The notes under the pieces were generated by a model. That model had not been told where the DNA came from and did not search any database. It worked only from the letters and a program-made list of their open reading frames with translations. From an uncultured delta proteobacterium (GTDB taxonomy: Bacteria > Myxococcota_A > Polyangia > Polyangiales > Polyangiaceae), in NCBI GenBank assembly GCA_963696385.1, contig CAVOKF010000007.1, forward strand, positions 416,001 to 480,000: a stretch of 64,000 nucleotides of DNA, written 5' to 3'. Shown piece by piece: positions 62,729 to 64,000 of this stretch. The translations under genes and the position numbers were made by a program. Numbering within the stretch: position 1 is the first letter of the stretch; each line of letters begins with the position of its first letter.

Positions 62729-63965
62729 TAGATGCCATGTTGCTGGCGTCGGTGACGGTCGTAGCGATACCGCGCCGGGGGAGGCCAGGAAGAAGGGAGC
62801 GAAGGGGCGGCGCGGTGGCTCGTCGTCGGCACGCTGCGAGGAAAGGCCAAAACGCCGGGGCGGTGGCGACCTGCCGCGATGCCGCCGACGAGCACGAGGC
62901 AGAGCGTCTCCTCGCGTGGAGCCGGCACAAGGCTGCGTCATGATGAGCAGCAAAGGGCCTCGGGGGTGTTCCTCGGGCCAACGACCGGTCGAGCCGGCGA
63001 GCGTGCTCGACTCCACGGAGGAGACATGAAGTATCTTGGATTGGATGTGCACGGGAAAGCAACCGTGTTTTGTCTGCTCAACGCGGAGGGCGAAGTCGTC
63101 GAGAGGGGCAGCCTGCCGACGACGGCGCCCGATTTGACGAAGCTGATCCAGAGGCTCTCGTCGATCGACACGCTGCTCTGCGGTCAGGAGGTGGGGACGA
63201 TGACCCACTTTGTCCATGACGTCGTGACGAGCGCGGGAGCGAAGATCCTGTCGTTCAACGCGCAGCATCTTCGGATGATCGCGGCGTCGCGCAAGAAGAC
63301 CGACAGGCGCGACGCGTACTGGATCGCCAAGAGCCTTCAGACCGGACTGATGCCTCACGCCGTCCATATCCCGACGACCGAAGTACGACGCCTACGCAGC
63401 TTGCTGGCACAGCGCCGAGCCCTTGCGGCGGAGCGCAAGCGATGGCTGCTGCGTGCCCGGTCCCACTTGCGCGAGATCGGGACCCCCATCGCCAAGGGTG
63501 CGGGCAAGATCACCCGAAAGCTCGAACAACTGCTCGCGTGCCCCGATGGGCTGGACGCGGACCGAGCCGACGCTCTCGAGCTCTGCGCCCGTCAAGAACA
63601 GCAGCTGCGCGCGGAGCTACGCAAGCTCGAGAAGACTCTCTACGGCGAGGCTGGTGCCGTCCGTCCATCAGAGTGGCGAATCGACCCGTTTGGGACCCAT
63701 TACCAAAGAAGGCTCCAGCGCACTTCGGAGCGTGCTGGTCCAGGCGGGACACGTCTTGCTGTTCCGCTGCGGTTCCGACGACGCCCGCCCGCTCCGCGAG
63801 CTGCCAAAAAGGGTCCAGACCGCCCGCGTGCGTCGCAAGATTGCAGTCGTGGCCGAGGCCCAGTTCATCGTGCGCACGGCCTTCTACATCTTACGAGACG
63901 GCACGACGTACGACCCGCAGCGGCGCCGTACCTATGTGCAGGAGGAGAAAGCAAAAGTCGCATAG
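62729..63965 (+). mobile_element. IS110-family element, second copy (right end may run past the window)
   Basis: Same 297-bp non-coding left end as the copy at 51479, followed by the transposase gene. Confidence 0.9.
63026..63965 (+). pseudogene. IS110 transposase/recombinase with internal deletion and frameshift near 63650
   Basis: DEDD domain YLGLDVH, QEVG, KKTDRRDA. The Tnp domain LVPSVHQSGE..GPITKEG is in another frame, and the usual IPG(I/V)G..GDI.RF segment is missing. Confidence 0.85.
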
Positions 63966-64000
63966 CTTACCGAACAGCTTAACCGGATCGGAGACCGAAG

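Overview
High-GC bacterial DNA. The gene content suggests Myxococcota (Polyangiaceae/Labilithrix-like), by inference: Ser/Thr kinases, an FHA-sigma54 activator, TPR-PEGA proteins and Cys-rich or 'DAG'-rich lipoproteins. Left to right: (1) a Nit1C/MSMEG_0565-0572-type nitrilase/radical-SAM operon with its GAF-sigma54 activator, a readable sigma54 promoter and a candidate enhancer. (2) An ECF sigma/FecR cassette divergent from a GH28 pectinase. (3) A Ser/Thr kinase and FHA-sigma54 activator pair bracketed by two AT-richer secreted proteins that share near-identical sigma54 promoters and a 26-bp tandem-repeat enhancer at the same spacing. (4) Lipoproteins, a decayed ECF42/DGPF locus, katG-oxyR and detoxification genes with several readable operators. 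(5) A DAHP synthase preceded by a complete ribosome-dependent attenuator whose leader peptide contains Phe, Tyr and Trp. (6) An approximately 12.5-kb mobile region bounded by two IS110 copies. It holds a mini-IS66, a second IS66-family element nested in it (both 8-bp target duplications intact, carrying a DUF4338/DruA-like gene), a complete His-Xaa-Ser (hxsA-D-B-C) radical-SAM system with a PEGA-fused precursor, and a large Zn-finger membrane protein. Several single-base frameshifts in otherwise intact genes suggest assembly indels. No rRNA, tRNA or CRISPR array was seen. All family calls come from motif recognition by eye, not database searches.
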